A stretch of DNA of 61,890 nt from Polymyxa betae A26-41 (taxonomy: Eukaryota > Protista > Endomyxa: Phytomyxea): the NCBI GenBank assembly GCA_003693705.1, contig RBZT01000822.1, positions 1-61,890 of the forward strand. Direction: 5' to 3'. How positions within the stretch are numbered: the first letter of the stretch is position 1; the number at the start of each line of letters is the position of its first letter. The position numbers were made by a program, and so were the translations under genes. Shown piece by piece: positions 38,628 to 52,439 of the stretch. The notes beneath the pieces are model-generated. The model ran no database searches and had not been told where the DNA came from. It saw only the letters and a program-made list of their open reading frames with translations.

Positions 38628-38852
38628 ACTTCAACATGTTAAATATGAAATGAACGGACATAACTGGAAAGACCATCAATTATCGAGAAAAACTCCAAAA
38701 AGGCAAAAAGCTTAAAATTTTTATGAAAATTTGAGTGTTCACGTCACTGCGTTACATTGACGCCGTTACTAGCAAGAGGCCATAGAGGCATTGAAGGCAT
38801 CGAGAGTTTAGGGCGCCAGCACTCGATTATCTCCTGAAGACAGCCGAGCGCG

Positions 38853-39527
38853 ATGTCGTACGTGGATCTCAGCTTGGCGGTCAATCTGCAGCAGTCGACA
38901 GCGCTGAACATCGCGCCGGGATCGGGCGCCGCCCTGCAGGGTGTGATCGGCCCAAAGCCCGACGCGCCTTCGACGCTCTCTAGCGATCCGGGTCAGGACG
39001 ATTTAAACCGGCAATCTTATTAATAATTTCGTTGCAGACGTCGACAGCCAAATTCTGATCTCTGTCGCCTTTCAGTCAGCTGTCAAAGTGCATTCGATCG
39101 CGATTAAAGCTGATACGAACCCGCCAGACAACGGTAAAACATTTTTATTTATTTTTTAACTTTTTAATGTTTTCATGCAGCGAGCGGCCCGAAACGCGTC
39201 CATATCTTTGTCGACCGACCGCACCTCGATTTTGCTGAAGCGTCGTCGACGACAGCCACCCAGGTCCTGCAGCTGACTGAAGACGACCTCGCCGGCAAGA
39301 CAGTCCCGTTACGATTCGTGAAGTTCCAGAACGTACATTCGCTGCAGCTGTTCATTGAGCAGAATCAAGACGACGATGACATCACTTTCTTGAACCGGCT
39401 TAGCTTCATCGGCGCCACCCACGAAGGTTTCTTTTGTTGTGTTTCAAGAGATTTGTCATTTACGGTTGTTCGCGCAGGAATGGATATGAAGAATTTCAAG
39501 GACCAGCACGCCGACCATGATCATTAA
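38853..39527 (+). CDS. PITH-domain protein
   Basis: SSDPDVDSQILISVAFQSAVKVHSIAIK, GPKRVHIFV, VPLRFVKFQNVHSLQLFIEQNQDDDDITFL; 3 introns. Confidence 0.9.
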
Positions 39528-39999
39528 ACTATTGTCATTCTGTGAATCCTGCATTCTATCAAACGAGTTCAGAAGTGTAGCTGGCAGAAAGGAAGGCTTT
39601 ACAAAAAGTTGCTCGTTGTTATCAACCAAATCTTCTAGATAGATTCAAATAGAACTGGTAGAACTTGTTCGTATGACATAATAGTTTTAATTCTCTCACG
39701 GTCATACCTCGACGACTGTATTAAGATTATAACTTACAGCACTTTCATGGTTGGCGAACAACTCCCTTGGCGTACACATAATCACTCATCGGCATCTTGC
39801 TTTCATTCTTGTGAGCGAAGCTCGTCCATTATGAATAACAAACAGGATGCCAAAGCTGAATCGCGAGAGAGGCAAAGTCCGTGAGGCGGCCTGCGGCCCT
39901 TTAATAGTCGTCAACCCCCTTCTCTCCTATCTACTAACATATTCGTGCTAACAAACCGCCCGCTCCTGTTCAGGTCCTGGGCCTGCATCACCCGACCAT

Positions 40000-41192
40000 A
40001 TGGCTGATCGCCTAGCCCGTATCTTCGGTACCGAAGAAGACAAGTACGTGGCTGGGGCGCACGGGTCCGTGCCCTCCCTCCGTTCTGATTGTTGATTGCA
40101 GAGTCAACTGTCCGTTTTATTTTAAAATCGGTGCCTGTCGTCATGGCAATCGATGTTCTCGTATGCATGTGAGACCGAACTTCAGCCAGACCATCCTGCT
40201 GTCACATTTGTTCAATCCCCCTAATGGCAACACAGCTGCTGGACCTGCTGGGCTCTCGGATGTCCTATCACCTGAAGACCAACAATTTTATGAAGGCATG
40301 CTGCATTTCTTCATTTCACACCGCTTGATTTATTTTTTGTCAATTCTGCATTTGTTTGAGAATCGTTGTGCGAATATTTCTGTGCAGATTTTACCGACGA
40401 TCTTCTCGATGAATTAAACAAATTCGGTCGTGTCGAGGAGCTGCATGTGTGTCAAAATTTGGGTGATCATATGTTCGGCAATGTCTATGTCAAGTTCAGA
40501 GGTCAGTATTCCCCGTTCAGCTTTGCTCCTCCCTCCTAAACGCCTCTCTGCCTCACAGAAGAGGAAGAAGCCGAGCGTGCCTTGGCCGGTATTATCGGGC
40601 GCTGCTACGCTGGACAGCTGATCCAGGCCGAATATTCGCCAGGTAATATTGGCCTGCTATCACCAGCCCAGGCTTAAATCTGATGACTATTGGTGGCAGT
40701 GACCGATTTCCGCGAAGCTCGTTGCCGCCAGTACGACGAGGAGACGTGCGGCCGCGGCGGCTACTGCAATTTCATGCATCTGAAGGCCGTACCGCCCCAT
40801 CTCCGGAACTATCTGCGATCGGCGACGCGGGCGCGAGGTGGTGGCGGCGGCCGTGACGACTTCCGCCGAGGTCGGCGCCTTCAAAATACCCGCTGTTACC
40901 ATTGTCTGATTGCCGCATAGGCCCGCCGCCGGCATTCCGACGCGATGATCGTGATAGGGATCGTGACCGACGTGGTGACCAACGTGATGACCGTCGCCGA
41001 GGTACTGGCTTGTTGTGGCCTCCCGGTTATACTGATATGCGGATTGTAGTTGGACGTGAACGCGACCGTAGCCGGGATCAACGTGATCGCGCCAATGATG
41101 GTGGACATCGTCGTGATAACAGCGCTGAACGACGCCGACAGATTGCAGAATGGAATATGGAGAGAGAGAAGGCCTCTGCTCAAGTTCAATAA
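40000..41192 (+). CDS. U2AF1: U2 auxiliary factor small subunit (U2AF35)
   Basis: [69 protein letters not shown]; RD-rich tail. Confidence 0.97.
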
Positions 41193-41204
41193 AGTGAAAG
41201 AGGC

Positions 41205-41400
41205 CGCTGCTCTCATGTCCAATAGTGACGCTTCATCATCATCATACAGACAAATACACAGTTCCTTATAATGGAGAAAGTTCCTTATAAAGAATACTGT
41301 TTTTAGTAATGATACACAGACAGGAGGAGGAGGTCGCTGCTCTCACGTCGAGTTGAAATCATCATATAGACAAATACATAGTTCCTTCTATAAGGAGATC
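41205..41400 (+). repeat. Duplicated ~65-75 bp segment between converging 3' ends
   Basis: GCTGCTCTCA.GTC...ATCATCATA.AGACAAATACA.AGTTCCTT at ~41205 and ~41336. Confidence 0.75.
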
Positions 41401-41441
41401 TCTCCTCAAACAGCCTTTATTCATAGTCTGCTTAAGGCTGT

Positions 41442-42017
41442 TTAAGAGCGCTGCTGACGGATCGGAGACTGCGACGAAACTGGCGTCCCCGCCGAATTAT
41501 ACAGCCAAGCTAGACGGTTGGTTTCCTGAGCAAATGCTGTCGAATTGTTTGGCGTTCTGGTTCTCGACTGCGAGATGGATTAGTAATGTTGGTGGTGACG
41601 GATCCATAGATGAGAACCTGGTGTTGGGGCTGGCGGGGCTCTACCAGCTCAATATCGTCGGCGACGATCTTCTTCTGGTCGAGGCGGGTCGTCATGAAGC
41701 GCAGGACGTTCTCGTCGAGGCGAAAAACGCGATCCATCTGGGCCAGACTTGACGGCGAACAATCAGTTCGAACTCGATACAGATAACCGAATCTCGACTT
41801 TTGTTTCTGCTTCGTCATCGGATACGCTATTGTTTGTTAAACGGCCGGATAGAAAGCGATGAGATTAGATACCTAGCGGGCGCTTGCCGAGGTTATCCAA
41901 GCAACGAATGACGCCGCCATCACGGGTTAGATCCTGGGCGGCTCGTGTGATGACGTTCAAGACCTCGGCAGGCTGACACCGTCCACGGATGAAGACGAGC
42001 GTCTCGTAGAGCGGCAT
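41442..42017 (-). CDS. MRPS6: Mitochondrial ribosomal protein bS6m
   Basis: MPLYETL...GGVIRCLDNLGKRPL...LDENVLRFM, ribosomal S6 family pattern; 2 introns. Confidence 0.85.
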
Positions 42018-42266
42018 GGCCTCCAATAGCAGGATAAGTCGCTCCCGCATCATGGCGATGTCGCGGAACGGGAACCCTCTCATGCCAGTCGCGCACATTA
42101 TCTCGTGACTGGTGACTTTTGTAGCTCACGTTACAGGTCCGTGTCGCACATTGTACTTTTTGTCACTGCAACACACCGCACCTTTTACTAAACCTTAATT
42201 CTGCATCTGGGATCCGTCATTATTGCGTTCTTTAGACATACCTAGGTAAGACAACCAAGGCAGGCG

Positions 42267-42532
42267 ATGGTCAAGCTCGAAGTCGAATGCGAGCAATTGC
42301 AGCTGGATTTTGAGGCCTGCATCAAGAAACAGTACTCCACAGGCTTTCTGAAAGGCCAGCCGGAGATCTCTCCAGAACAGGGACCCTGCATTCGTCAATT
42401 CGAGGAATATCGCAAATGCTATCTGGTAGAATCGCTACGACCTCTTTGTTAAAAATAATTGTTTATCATGCATGGATTGCTTAGAACGCCGTCCGGAGGA
42501 AGATTGAAGAGTGGAGAAGTCGAAGCAGATGA
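42267..42532 (+). CDS. Twin-Cys small mitochondrial IMS protein (Mdm35/TRIAP1-like)
   Basis: EC(x9)C...FLKG...PC...FEEYRKCYL|NAVRRKI; one GT-AG intron. Confidence 0.75.
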
Positions 42533-43229
42533 TGAGATGCTATTAACACGATATCATTTCTATTGCATAGCTGGCCATATTGTTGCGTTATAATAAAGAT
42601 GCCAGCAATCCGACTCTTCACTTCAATGTGAATTGGCGATTGAAGGAGCTCTGGATTCTGTACGTGGCTTATCACAGACGTAAACATAAACGCTTTTTTC
42701 GAAAGGAATATCCATGCAAAAATTTACCAAACTTGTTCCAGGAGCCGGGGTAAGGTGAAACAAGGGTTATTCGCAAGTAGGGAGATTTCTAACTATATTC
42801 GGATCCGGCTGCTTTTAAGCATCGTCTTGTCGGAATGGCACATCCATCAAGATACAGTTTGGTGAGATGCAGTCAGCTTCAGAGCTTCTGCATCTTTTGT
42901 GAGCATCATCCAGTACACATTACATTTTTTGCATAACGTTCACTGACCGAGATGCGGAAGCAGAAAGTTATTGAGTTTGGCAGATGTAGATCGAAGGCAG
43001 AGCCGGAACACGCAATCGAATGAAACGAGAAGTAAGGTTGGCTGTTGCTTTTGGCAGTTGGCAAACTCGTCTACAAAAGGTTATGCATTTATGCTTGACC
43101 TGACAGCACGAATTTTTCAACCATGATCATTTTTTCGTTCTAATATTTTTACTTTGTTACTCGTACATAACAATATAAATGTGAAAATTCCGTAAAAGCT
43201 TCGATAGCCGATGAGATATACTTTAAAGA

Positions 43230-44090
43230 ATGACGTCAGCTGGTTCTGAAAATCAGGTCGTATTTCGAAATGTTCCAGGAGTTCCATTAGTGTTGGCCAG
43301 CACCGACCCCAATGCCCTTAACTTGGGCCCGAATGACTCTGCACGCCTTTCAATCCAAATTCGAACGAAGGTTGGTGGTCCGCTTCCTGATCGTTTTGTA
43401 ATCGAGAAGGTCGACGATTTCGCTCTGGCTGTATATAAAGATCGAATAGAATTCGTATCTGGGTAGTCTGAAACAGATTCTCTTCAATTTGTCAATCAAA
43501 TTCGTTTTGGTAGGTCCGTTCAGTCCTCAGCTGCGATCGACTTTGCAGAACTGGCTTCGAAGACGTTTTCCACTCACATTTCAGTGCTTTGGAGCCGATA
43601 TAAGCTCGCCGTTTTTTGTGGGACTAAGATGTGCATAGAACTGGATCGTTTTCTTGAAGTATCGCATGGGACATCACATCGTACACTGCCGTCAACATCC
43701 ACTATCTTGCTCGATTCCAAACTAGCATCGCGTCTACAACGTCTTGTTTGGACGAAGAACAGCCTCCCCGTCGTACGTGTTGCTTGTGATGGATCCGGTG
43801 GCGATATCACGGTTTCCTGGATTCAATATCGTCCCGATCATGTTCAGAATCAGACGTGGCTAATGCCAGTTTTGATTGCCATCTCCGTAATGTGTTTTCT
43901 GTTGTTCTTGTATTTCTTTGTAAGAATCCGCACATCACCCAATGTGAAACCCGTTGTCGAGATGCAGTTGATGATTGCAGAGTTACAAGCACTACCAAGA
44001 TCACCGTCAACGGATAAATTGGCACAGCTCTTGAAGGAGCATCTGGCTGTTCTCAACCGGCGCCTTCAAATGCATCTAGATACGAGTTGA
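43230..44090 (+). CDS. Uncharacterised protein with a C-terminal TM helix (2 exons)
   Basis: ORFs 43230-43466 and 43584-44090 are joinable by an intron at ~43462-43513. TM segment WLMPVLIAISVMCFLLFLYFF. Start uncertain. Confidence 0.5.
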
Positions 44091-44144
44091 TTGCAAATGG
44101 TTTTTTTTCCCGCGTCATTATATCTATTAAATAGTTTCTGGAAA

Positions 44145-47100
44145 TTATAATGGAATCCTGAAGTTTACCAAGGTTGATTGTGGTCTTTTCCTCTCTTGCT
44201 TATACCGACGATCCAGTGTTGCAGCAGATGCCGATTTGGGCAGCATCACTCGTTTTCTGAATGGTCCCTGATCAATGGGTTCTTCCAATTGTTCCTGCAA
44301 GAAATTGGCCGCTTGTCGTTTCGTATCTGTAATTCTCTTAAGACACCTTGTTGATATTAGCAGTACATAATGACCTGTGCCAGCCCAAGACAAGGCTACA
44401 ACCAACGCTTCTTGCAACTTATTTCTGTGAAAGGATGTTTCTGCGATCCGATGCTGAGCATCTTCAAGTTCATCTTCCATTCTTTCATTGCGATGAGCTA
44501 ACCTGTATCCGATCTGAGCCCGATCTTCAGTTTGTAAAAACAATAGGATACATTGCGATCTGATAATTCAGAGAAACTTGTCTTGATGGATTGGTTCTCT
44601 TCTCTGGCTTCGGCCAAGACGATTTAGGTCTAACACATACCCGCCTTTCAGGTGGCTCCTGAAGCTTTTTGATCTCGAGATCTTTTACAATCAGCTGTTT
44701 ACGAAGGTCTTGAACTTCCCTGTTTAATGTCAGGCTAAAGCATGAAACCGAATTAGGTTGCAAACATGAGCAGTTCTCGGTTTTCTTGAATTCGCTTGCT
44801 TTGGTCCACTTTATTGCGGTTCCTTTCATTCGAAACGTTCTTCTGTAAGGATCCCACTGTCCGCCTGAGTTGCTCCCTCTGCCGGAGCAGTTCCTTCTGA
44901 CCTATCGAAGAGAAGAGCTCGAAATCCTAGTCATAGTTACGTTAATTAGAATACCCTCATCCACAGCATTGAATGATTCGCCAGATCGGATATCAAGGTC
45001 GGATCGCGATATTCTGCTTAGCTTGTAAATATTATAACTGCAGGCCGAAGGTTAGTTATAATCATTATTCAAGCATTTTCGCTTTTACATTTCATGAAGT
45101 TCTTCGAACCACTTGTCTTCGTGCGTTTCTTCAACAAGAACACGTATTTCGTTCGCTAACGAGTGATATTGGCGTCTTTTCAAAGAAAAGCTTCTCTCCA
45201 GGTGGCAGGCCGTTACCTTCAGTTTCTGTAGAACCTCTTCCCTGTATATTACCGTCATCAAACTGGCTTGCTGTCGGCATTGAGCTGACCTATTTGTCGA
45301 CACCCGTTTCATCTCCTGCACAGACTTATTTCCAGACAGCAATTCTTGATCCATGGACTCAATTTTCTCGTTCAGCTCTTTAATGCATCCCGGATAAGCC
45401 TCTACACTTCAGCTAAGATCACGTTGATCAACATACTCGAATCTTACTTTGATGGTCTTCGAGATCTACCAGTTTTTGCTTCAAGAGCACGTTTGCCGAA
45501 AGTAGCGCAGCACGTTCTGCTGAAATTTTAGCTACATCTTGTGATATGTTCCCGATCTGAACTTCTCGCTGCCGTAAAATTTCTTGCGATTCGTTCTGAG
45601 GTCATGTAAGGATTCTTGTCAATCAAAAAATGAACGTTCTAGTAGGAACTGCTCGGAAATTGTCGCATTCTTACCAAGGCAGCTTTAAGATCTTCGATCT
45701 GACCGCGCAGGGATATAATCTCAGACTCCAGTGTGTCGATGTGGAAGCTCTTGTTGTCCGATTCGTGTTTAATCGTATCGATTCGTTGATTAAGGGAACT
45801 TATATACGCAGATGATTTAGTAAGCTGTTCATCTTTAGCTAGCAGAGCGTGTTTCGATTCCACCATTTCCCCATTGATCTCAAATTCACGTTCCTCCTAA
45901 GGCAGCGATTCAACTTATATACAATAAAAACAGTTTTTGTACTTCTAATTGATGCAAAGTCTCTTCATAATCAGCAATCGTTTCTTTCAGCGTTCTATCC
46001 ATCTTGTTTACGATATTGACAGCAGATGTTTTTGTTGTATCTAAATGACCTTGCAAACCCTCAACTACATCTTTATGGCGATTCAGTATCGCTTCAATCT
46101 CCTCATTATGCTGAGTTAGTAGATCACGGAAAGAGCGTTCGCGATGAAAGGCGTCTTTGCTTTGCTGAGCTATTTTTGCTTCAAGTTCTGCAATTAGACG
46201 ACCAAATCTGCTCTCTTCTGAAGTTCGTTCTGTCACCATCTGGTTTTTATGTTCAGCTCGAGCCCGCTCCAATTCGGATGATAGCCGATGAATCTTTTCT
46301 GCCTGTTCCTCAATGATATCGCACAATTCTTGACGAACGCGCTCTACTTCTTCAACATGGGAGCGGCGAACCATTTCAATCTGGAAAAATTACCACAGCG
46401 GCAACGATCAAAGAGGCAAACAAACCTGTTGCTGTGTGGTAGATTCGAGCAGAGTCACTTTGTTGGCCATTTGTTGGTTTACAGATTGTAACGCATCGAG
46501 GTCGGAAGATGAGATCAGCTTTATGCAGTCATCATAAGCCAATGAAAGCTCATCGATGTTATCAGGAGCATCTGCATTGACAGTAATCATGCCATCTATG
46601 CCTGCTGTTAGAACAATTCCAGGCTCGGATATTACTGAGCAGAAGAACAATGACCCATGCAACGGCAACGACGATCGTATCTTGAAAACATATGGTTTGG
46701 ACCCGTAATCAACTGCAATAAGATAACCAGAGCTAGTAGACAAATATAATCTCTGTCGAGCTCGGTCAAGTGCGATATTTTCGATATTTGAAAGTGGGCC
46801 CAAGTTGATCGGTTCCCCTTGAATTTGCACTATTCCGCTGTCGTCCAATGTTAGACCTAACCATGAAATCAGAATGGAGTCAATTAGACAGAAGGTATCG
46901 TCATACTTTGAAGATTACTGACTGTAGCTGCAACAATATTGTGCTCATCGAGAAAGATAACATCATTAAAGGAAGTAGCAATCCGAACCTGGGAAATAAG
47001 GCGACCAGACGAAGGTTGGAAGATACTACAGATATCAAATCCTGAGCAGGTCGCCTGCATGTATGTTAGAATAGATTGGACTAAAGCGGCTTCCATTACG

Positions 47101-48612
47101 AGCAGTTGATCGTTAGGCGACCATGCGAACGTTGAGACCGGGCTGCTGTGTTTTGCAGACATGGACATCAATGTCATATCCAAAGCGTGAAGTACTATAG
47201 ATTTGGTTAGAGTGTTAGAATTTGTCTTCAACCAAATTACCATAAACATAATTCTTGGCACATACTGCAATAGCATGGCCCTGATGACAAAAATTCAGAG
47301 ATCCACAATCGAAATAGTGTGGTCAGATTTACTGAATGAGAATAGCAAGCTCGGGATACTCCAACACAGTTCCAGGAACGATGTAATTGAAAGCCATCAT
47401 GAAGAATGTAATAAAGCAGTACACTGTCTTGAACAACTATGCAAAGTTGAAATCCGTTTGGCGATGCAGAAACACTAAGTGGCCGACGTTCCTCTGTTTC
47501 ATTCTTTACTTGAAACATACACCGCCTGCTGTGGGAATCCCTTAAAAATTGCCCACCGTTCAGAAGCAAGAACACCCAAACTTGCACATTATTTACCACA
47601 GTCTTATTACTCCATCAGCAGACACAGTAAGAAAGCCTTTTCTCTGTCCAACAGGTGTTAGGCCAAGATTGGCACAGGTCGTTTGGCATTTGTCGCTTTT
47701 GATTTCGGAAGCTGCCAAATCAATTAAAGCTGGAGTTCGTCCGCGCCGGATGCACAGCAATTCGTTTAGATTTATTGGAACGACGTCAATGATTTCCGAA
47801 CCAGCATGGATATCACCAATATGAATCATATTTACAGACCCCGATATGGGGTCAGATACAATCGTGAACCGCCTCAAAAAACATATTGATGTGGAAACGA
47901 CGAAAGAGTCTTTGCCAGTTTTCGTAAGCATGGTGATTGTCTCTGAGTTTCTGGTGGTGCAAATAGTAGAGAGGTTTTTTCTATCCAAAGCTTTTCCACC
48001 TGAAATGCTCGTTAGGTTTGAGCTAGACGCTACCAAAACCAAATTCAGGCGGCAAAAGTAGATCAGATCCAGAAAATCGTCATCGTATCTATCAGGGATG
48101 GTTTGTTGTACAACACCAGTGCCAACGGCATGCATCTCACGTAAATAATGGGAAGGACCTGTCAATATGAACCTTGATCCTGGAGTGAATATAGCGGCTG
48201 TCGCTATCGCATCAATTACTGCAATAGGATTCAGCGATGGCCATCGACAGACTGCGACTCTGGTCTTGGTTAGATATATGATTAAATCATCGCCAATAGC
48301 TATGCATATAATGGGTGTTGGAAGCGCGGATCTGGTTTTCTCTAGAACACCAGTAGTAGCATCATACACATTCAAGGCATCAGTAGAAGTGGTGCTGGGC
48401 ACAGCTGCAACGATATGGCTCTTTTTCGAGCTAGTTGCAATGAGGCGCGGTGTTTGGTCGTAAGAGGCTACGATGGAAGCGGCCAGCGGGTCGTCGACGT
48501 CCGCTCTGCAGAGATGTCTCCCAATACAAATGTAAATAGAGTGACCATGATCAGCTACCACTAAATGTCTTGTTGTGGGACCTGGTCCAATGACATAGCC
48601 TCGACTGGACAT
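44145..48612 (-). CDS. WD40-repeat + long coiled-coil protein, CFAP57/WDR65-like, multi-exon
   Basis: N-terminal beta-propeller (TVSADGVIRLW, PLSVSASPNGFQL, FAWSPNDQLL) followed by ~500 aa of coiled coil. Architecture resembles CFAP57. Confidence 0.65.
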
Positions 48613-48841
48613 TATTGATTGCCACTGCAGTAATGTTACAGGCGGTACCCTTCCTACGATCATTCACGACGAGACTATTAGCAGCGATGGCCGCCTCCAT
48701 CGCGAGCAAGGGAGCAATATGGCAACAACGAGATCAAACCAACATGCTGTTGAAAACAACGAAATGAAGACGCTTGAAGGGTCATCATTCGCAGCTAGCA
48801 TAATGTTGTTCGGAAGCGTGTGCGACAATGTAGGTTTATAC

Positions 48842-51119
48842 TTATACATCGACCATGTCGTCTTCGTCGTTAACGACGTCAACAATAACGACACGACGCG
48901 GTCCACTAAGCCACGAAACCATCCCTCTAGGTCCACAAACTGCAATCTTGGAGCCTTGCGTCTCTCTCCAGCTTCGTTGCCTGTTGGTAGACACCAGGTT
49001 ATTGTTCTCAGGTGATAAAGCTTCGACCAGGACTTGGGCACCGATATCCTTCCCGCTGATCTTGGTTTTAGACGATTGAAGGATCTCAGCAATATCGACA
49101 AGCGATATCTGGGTCGAATGCGCATCCCGCGATAAAACAGCCAAATGTGTGTCGTTGTGAAAGCCGATCTGAACTGCACCATGGCTCAGACGAAAGACGG
49201 AGACTTCGAAGTTATCGTTATTTGACAGAACAAGTACAATATGTTCTTGGTGGAGAAATGCCAGACAATTAGAAAATGGATTATCAAGCCGGCTACATAG
49301 AGACAGAGACGTTTCAGAAGTGCAATGAGCGAGCGGTAAAACCGAACACAGCGTGAAGGATTTCGCTACAACGTCATTCGGTATCGTACGAAATTCCCGC
49401 CATTTACCAACGAACGACGAGATTTCGGTCTGCAACGAATTGCTTTGATGCTGTGACCACAATTTGCTGTACGGCTGCAAATTGGTAACAGGGAGATAGT
49501 TGACAATACCTTCGTCCAAGGCATCACAGTCAAAAAACTTCTGAATACGATCTGAGCCGAGATCTTTTGAAATAAAATCAACGACCTGAGAACACAATAA
49601 GTTCGAAGGTTTAGACAAATAAAACGAAGCGTAACAGTCCTCACTTTATCAAGATCAATACTTTCAACGAGTGAAGGTAAATTAGATCCCGAATTATCCG
49701 AAGATTCTAAACAAACGTTAATATCAGTCATGGAAGTTACACGGGTTTACAGACGTTTTGCCCATTCTAGAGCCCATGTGAAGAATTGCAGGAAATTTAA
49801 CCGAACGTCCAACACGATCCGGTACATTTCTTCGACTTTCATCAGAGTATGCGAAGCGTACTCTAACAAATCATCGAGTTCTGAAACATTCAGACCGATA
49901 TCACAGCCTTGACAGCGTGCTAGGCCACGAAGTTCAGAAAGACGGAAATTCAGCTCTTCCAAGGCTCTCCTCAAGTCGCAATCGATCAGATTCAGCAAGA
50001 GGTCACAAGCTGACGTCCACGCTTTCGCTATCCGAGAAGCGCTTTGTTCAGGCAGACAAGTTGAAAAAAATTGCAGCAGAGCCTGATTCAGAGTACCAGC
50101 AACAACCAAAGCGATGAGAGAATCCGCAATCGGCTGCGTCTCAGCATGTTCCCGAAATAAAGTTTCCAGTACTGAAAATTTCATATCGAACGTTTTCCTT
50201 GCCGATTTCCATGCCCTTGATCCAACAGCCACAGCATCATGAACGTATTTCAGCAGGAATTCAATATTCGAAGACTGAGTTGCCAACGCCCGAATTTCGT
50301 GATATCTTGATCGTAGAAGCGATACATCCCAAATAACTTGCACTAATAGGTCGGGCTGTCGAGCATTCTGCAACCGGATTGCAGCATTCAGATAGCGTAG
50401 ATCCCGGGACAAATTGACTTCGTGGACAACGAATTCCACGCTGGAGCGACGATTTGAACGAGGAATGAACCACGAGCCTGATAGTGCATCTCTGATGCAA
50501 ATATCGCCTATTGGAAAAGCGCCCAAGGCGTGCAGCTTAATGATACCTTGTTCATCTCCAGAAATTAACACACATAGTTGTTCTGGATCGAAAGTGCGTT
50601 CGAGTTTCGTGGGAATGAACTTGATAGCAGTATTCTAAGAAACATCAGAAAGTAATACTTCGTAATTCCAAATATCTTACAAACCATCCCAGATTCCTTT
50701 GGCAAGGTAAGCAAAGGGTCGAAACAATCTTTGACGCGAGATTCTCGTGGAATTGATACAGGCGAGCCATCAAGAGGATCTAGATCGTCGGTCTTGTCAG
50801 CAGCAGCGATCCAGTAAAGCGCTGTAACCGATGACTGATGGCTGAATGAGAGCTCCTGGATCTGGTCGCGATCGACGGATACTAGACGTAACCGGCCATC
50901 ATCATAGCCCAAAGCTATCACCTTTCCATCTGGTTTCCAAACCAAAGAAGACACATTCCCATCGATGTTAATCGGGTCGCCAAGGCGTTGCCAAGATAAT
51001 CGCCGCACCTCCAAGGTGCTATTACTCAAGATTAGAGCCAGCATGTCCATACAAGGACACCAGGCCATGAGAAGCACATTGGCATTCAAAATGCGATCTT
51101 GCTCGACCGCGAACACCAT
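48842..51119 (-). CDS. ANAPC4: Anaphase-promoting complex subunit 4
   Basis: WCPCMDMLAL...RRLSWQR...LVWKPDGKVIALGYDDG; ALEELNFRLSELRGLAR; NFLQFFTW; C-terminal RGMV. Confidence 0.92.
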
Positions 51120-51330
51120 GGTGGTGTTGTGCAAATCGGCAGCCGATGTGCAAAAGGCAATGCACAAAAGCAAGAAGGAATCTTTTATGCGAATCTGCAG
51201 GGTTGCTCCTTAAAAAAGTGGGCAAAAAACTTTCCCTTTTTTTTCGAATTGAACGAAAATTAAATAACGTTATACGCGGAGTCGCACGAAAAATTCGGGT
51301 TCGCCACACGCATACAGTTTGTAGAAGGCC

Positions 51331-51818
51331 ATGGTGCTTTTGCAGAGCGATCAGTTCCTGGTCCGCCTGACCCGAATGTTCGAGAAGTCTCGCGATGGCA
51401 ACGGTCCCGGTACCATTCGGATCACCATGAAGCGAAGTGAGGCAGCTTGCGTTCGTCGTAGGTCTCGTTGAGAGTTTAATGTATTCGTCTTTCATAGCAT
51501 CGGTCCCGCCTGAGATGAAATCGGAGACGGAATCCGATCATGTCTGCCTGATTCGTGTCAAAGTCGGCCAGAAGCGTGCCAATGTCATGGTCGGGTGGCC
51601 TTCACGTCGTCGTCGATACTAATTCGTAACCAATCGTGTAGGTGCCTTTCGAGGAGCATGCCAGATTTCAGACGAACATCGCCAATCTTCTACGCGTCTA
51701 TTTAGATGGGTAATAATTTGCTCTGTCCAATAGTAATCGCTGAGTTTCTGCTTGCAGTTTGAAGAAGCGCGACAAATCGGAGACCCAGAATAAAACACGA
51801 AGCCGACGAGTTGCCTAA
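51331..51818 (+). CDS. SRP14: Signal recognition particle 14 kDa protein, 4 exons (not captured as a complete ORF in the track)
   Basis: Spliced translation MVLLQSDQFLVRLTRMFEKSR...TIRITMKR...VCLIRVK...V...ARFQ...LDGLKKRDK. Confidence 0.92.
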
Positions 51819-52439
51819 GTGTCGTCACAAACTAAACAGTCGTCTCAGCTTGCTTGTCTCGATTTTAGCCGATGACGAGTTGTTCAGCGACGACTAGTTT
51901 AATATAACCGTGATTTCGGTCGTTTGTTGCTATTGGTTTCGATTCAATCATTTTAGCATCGTCTGCATAATTATTCTCCAGTGCTTCGCAATCCGATTTT
52001 GTAGACCATGGCTTGCTACTTTACATATGCCTTACAATCGTCTTTGAGTTGGATACTCTTTTGCTGGAAGGAGAAATAATTCACGATCGAGTTGAATTTC
52101 TCTGTCTGCAATTTTGTAGTTTTAATTTCACACCTACATCGTGGATGTCATGGCAGCCAGCCTCTGGCGATTTGCCCGTTTGGTTTTCCTATCGTTCATA
52201 TAGATTGTTTCCTTCGCATTTAGTGACTGACACTGATTATAGCGTCATTCATCTGTCAAGCCAGCAACCGATAATGACACAGCTAGTTTGCGAAATCTGA
52301 TCAAGCTGTTGTTTGAAAAAGCCACAATAGTGCCAGAGAGCCACATCAAAATGGCCTGAACGTGAGATGGCCCAAGGGAAAGTGTTTATTCATTGACTGT
52401 GATTGCTCAATTCAGTGGCGTCCGTCCTCGTTGGTAGGT

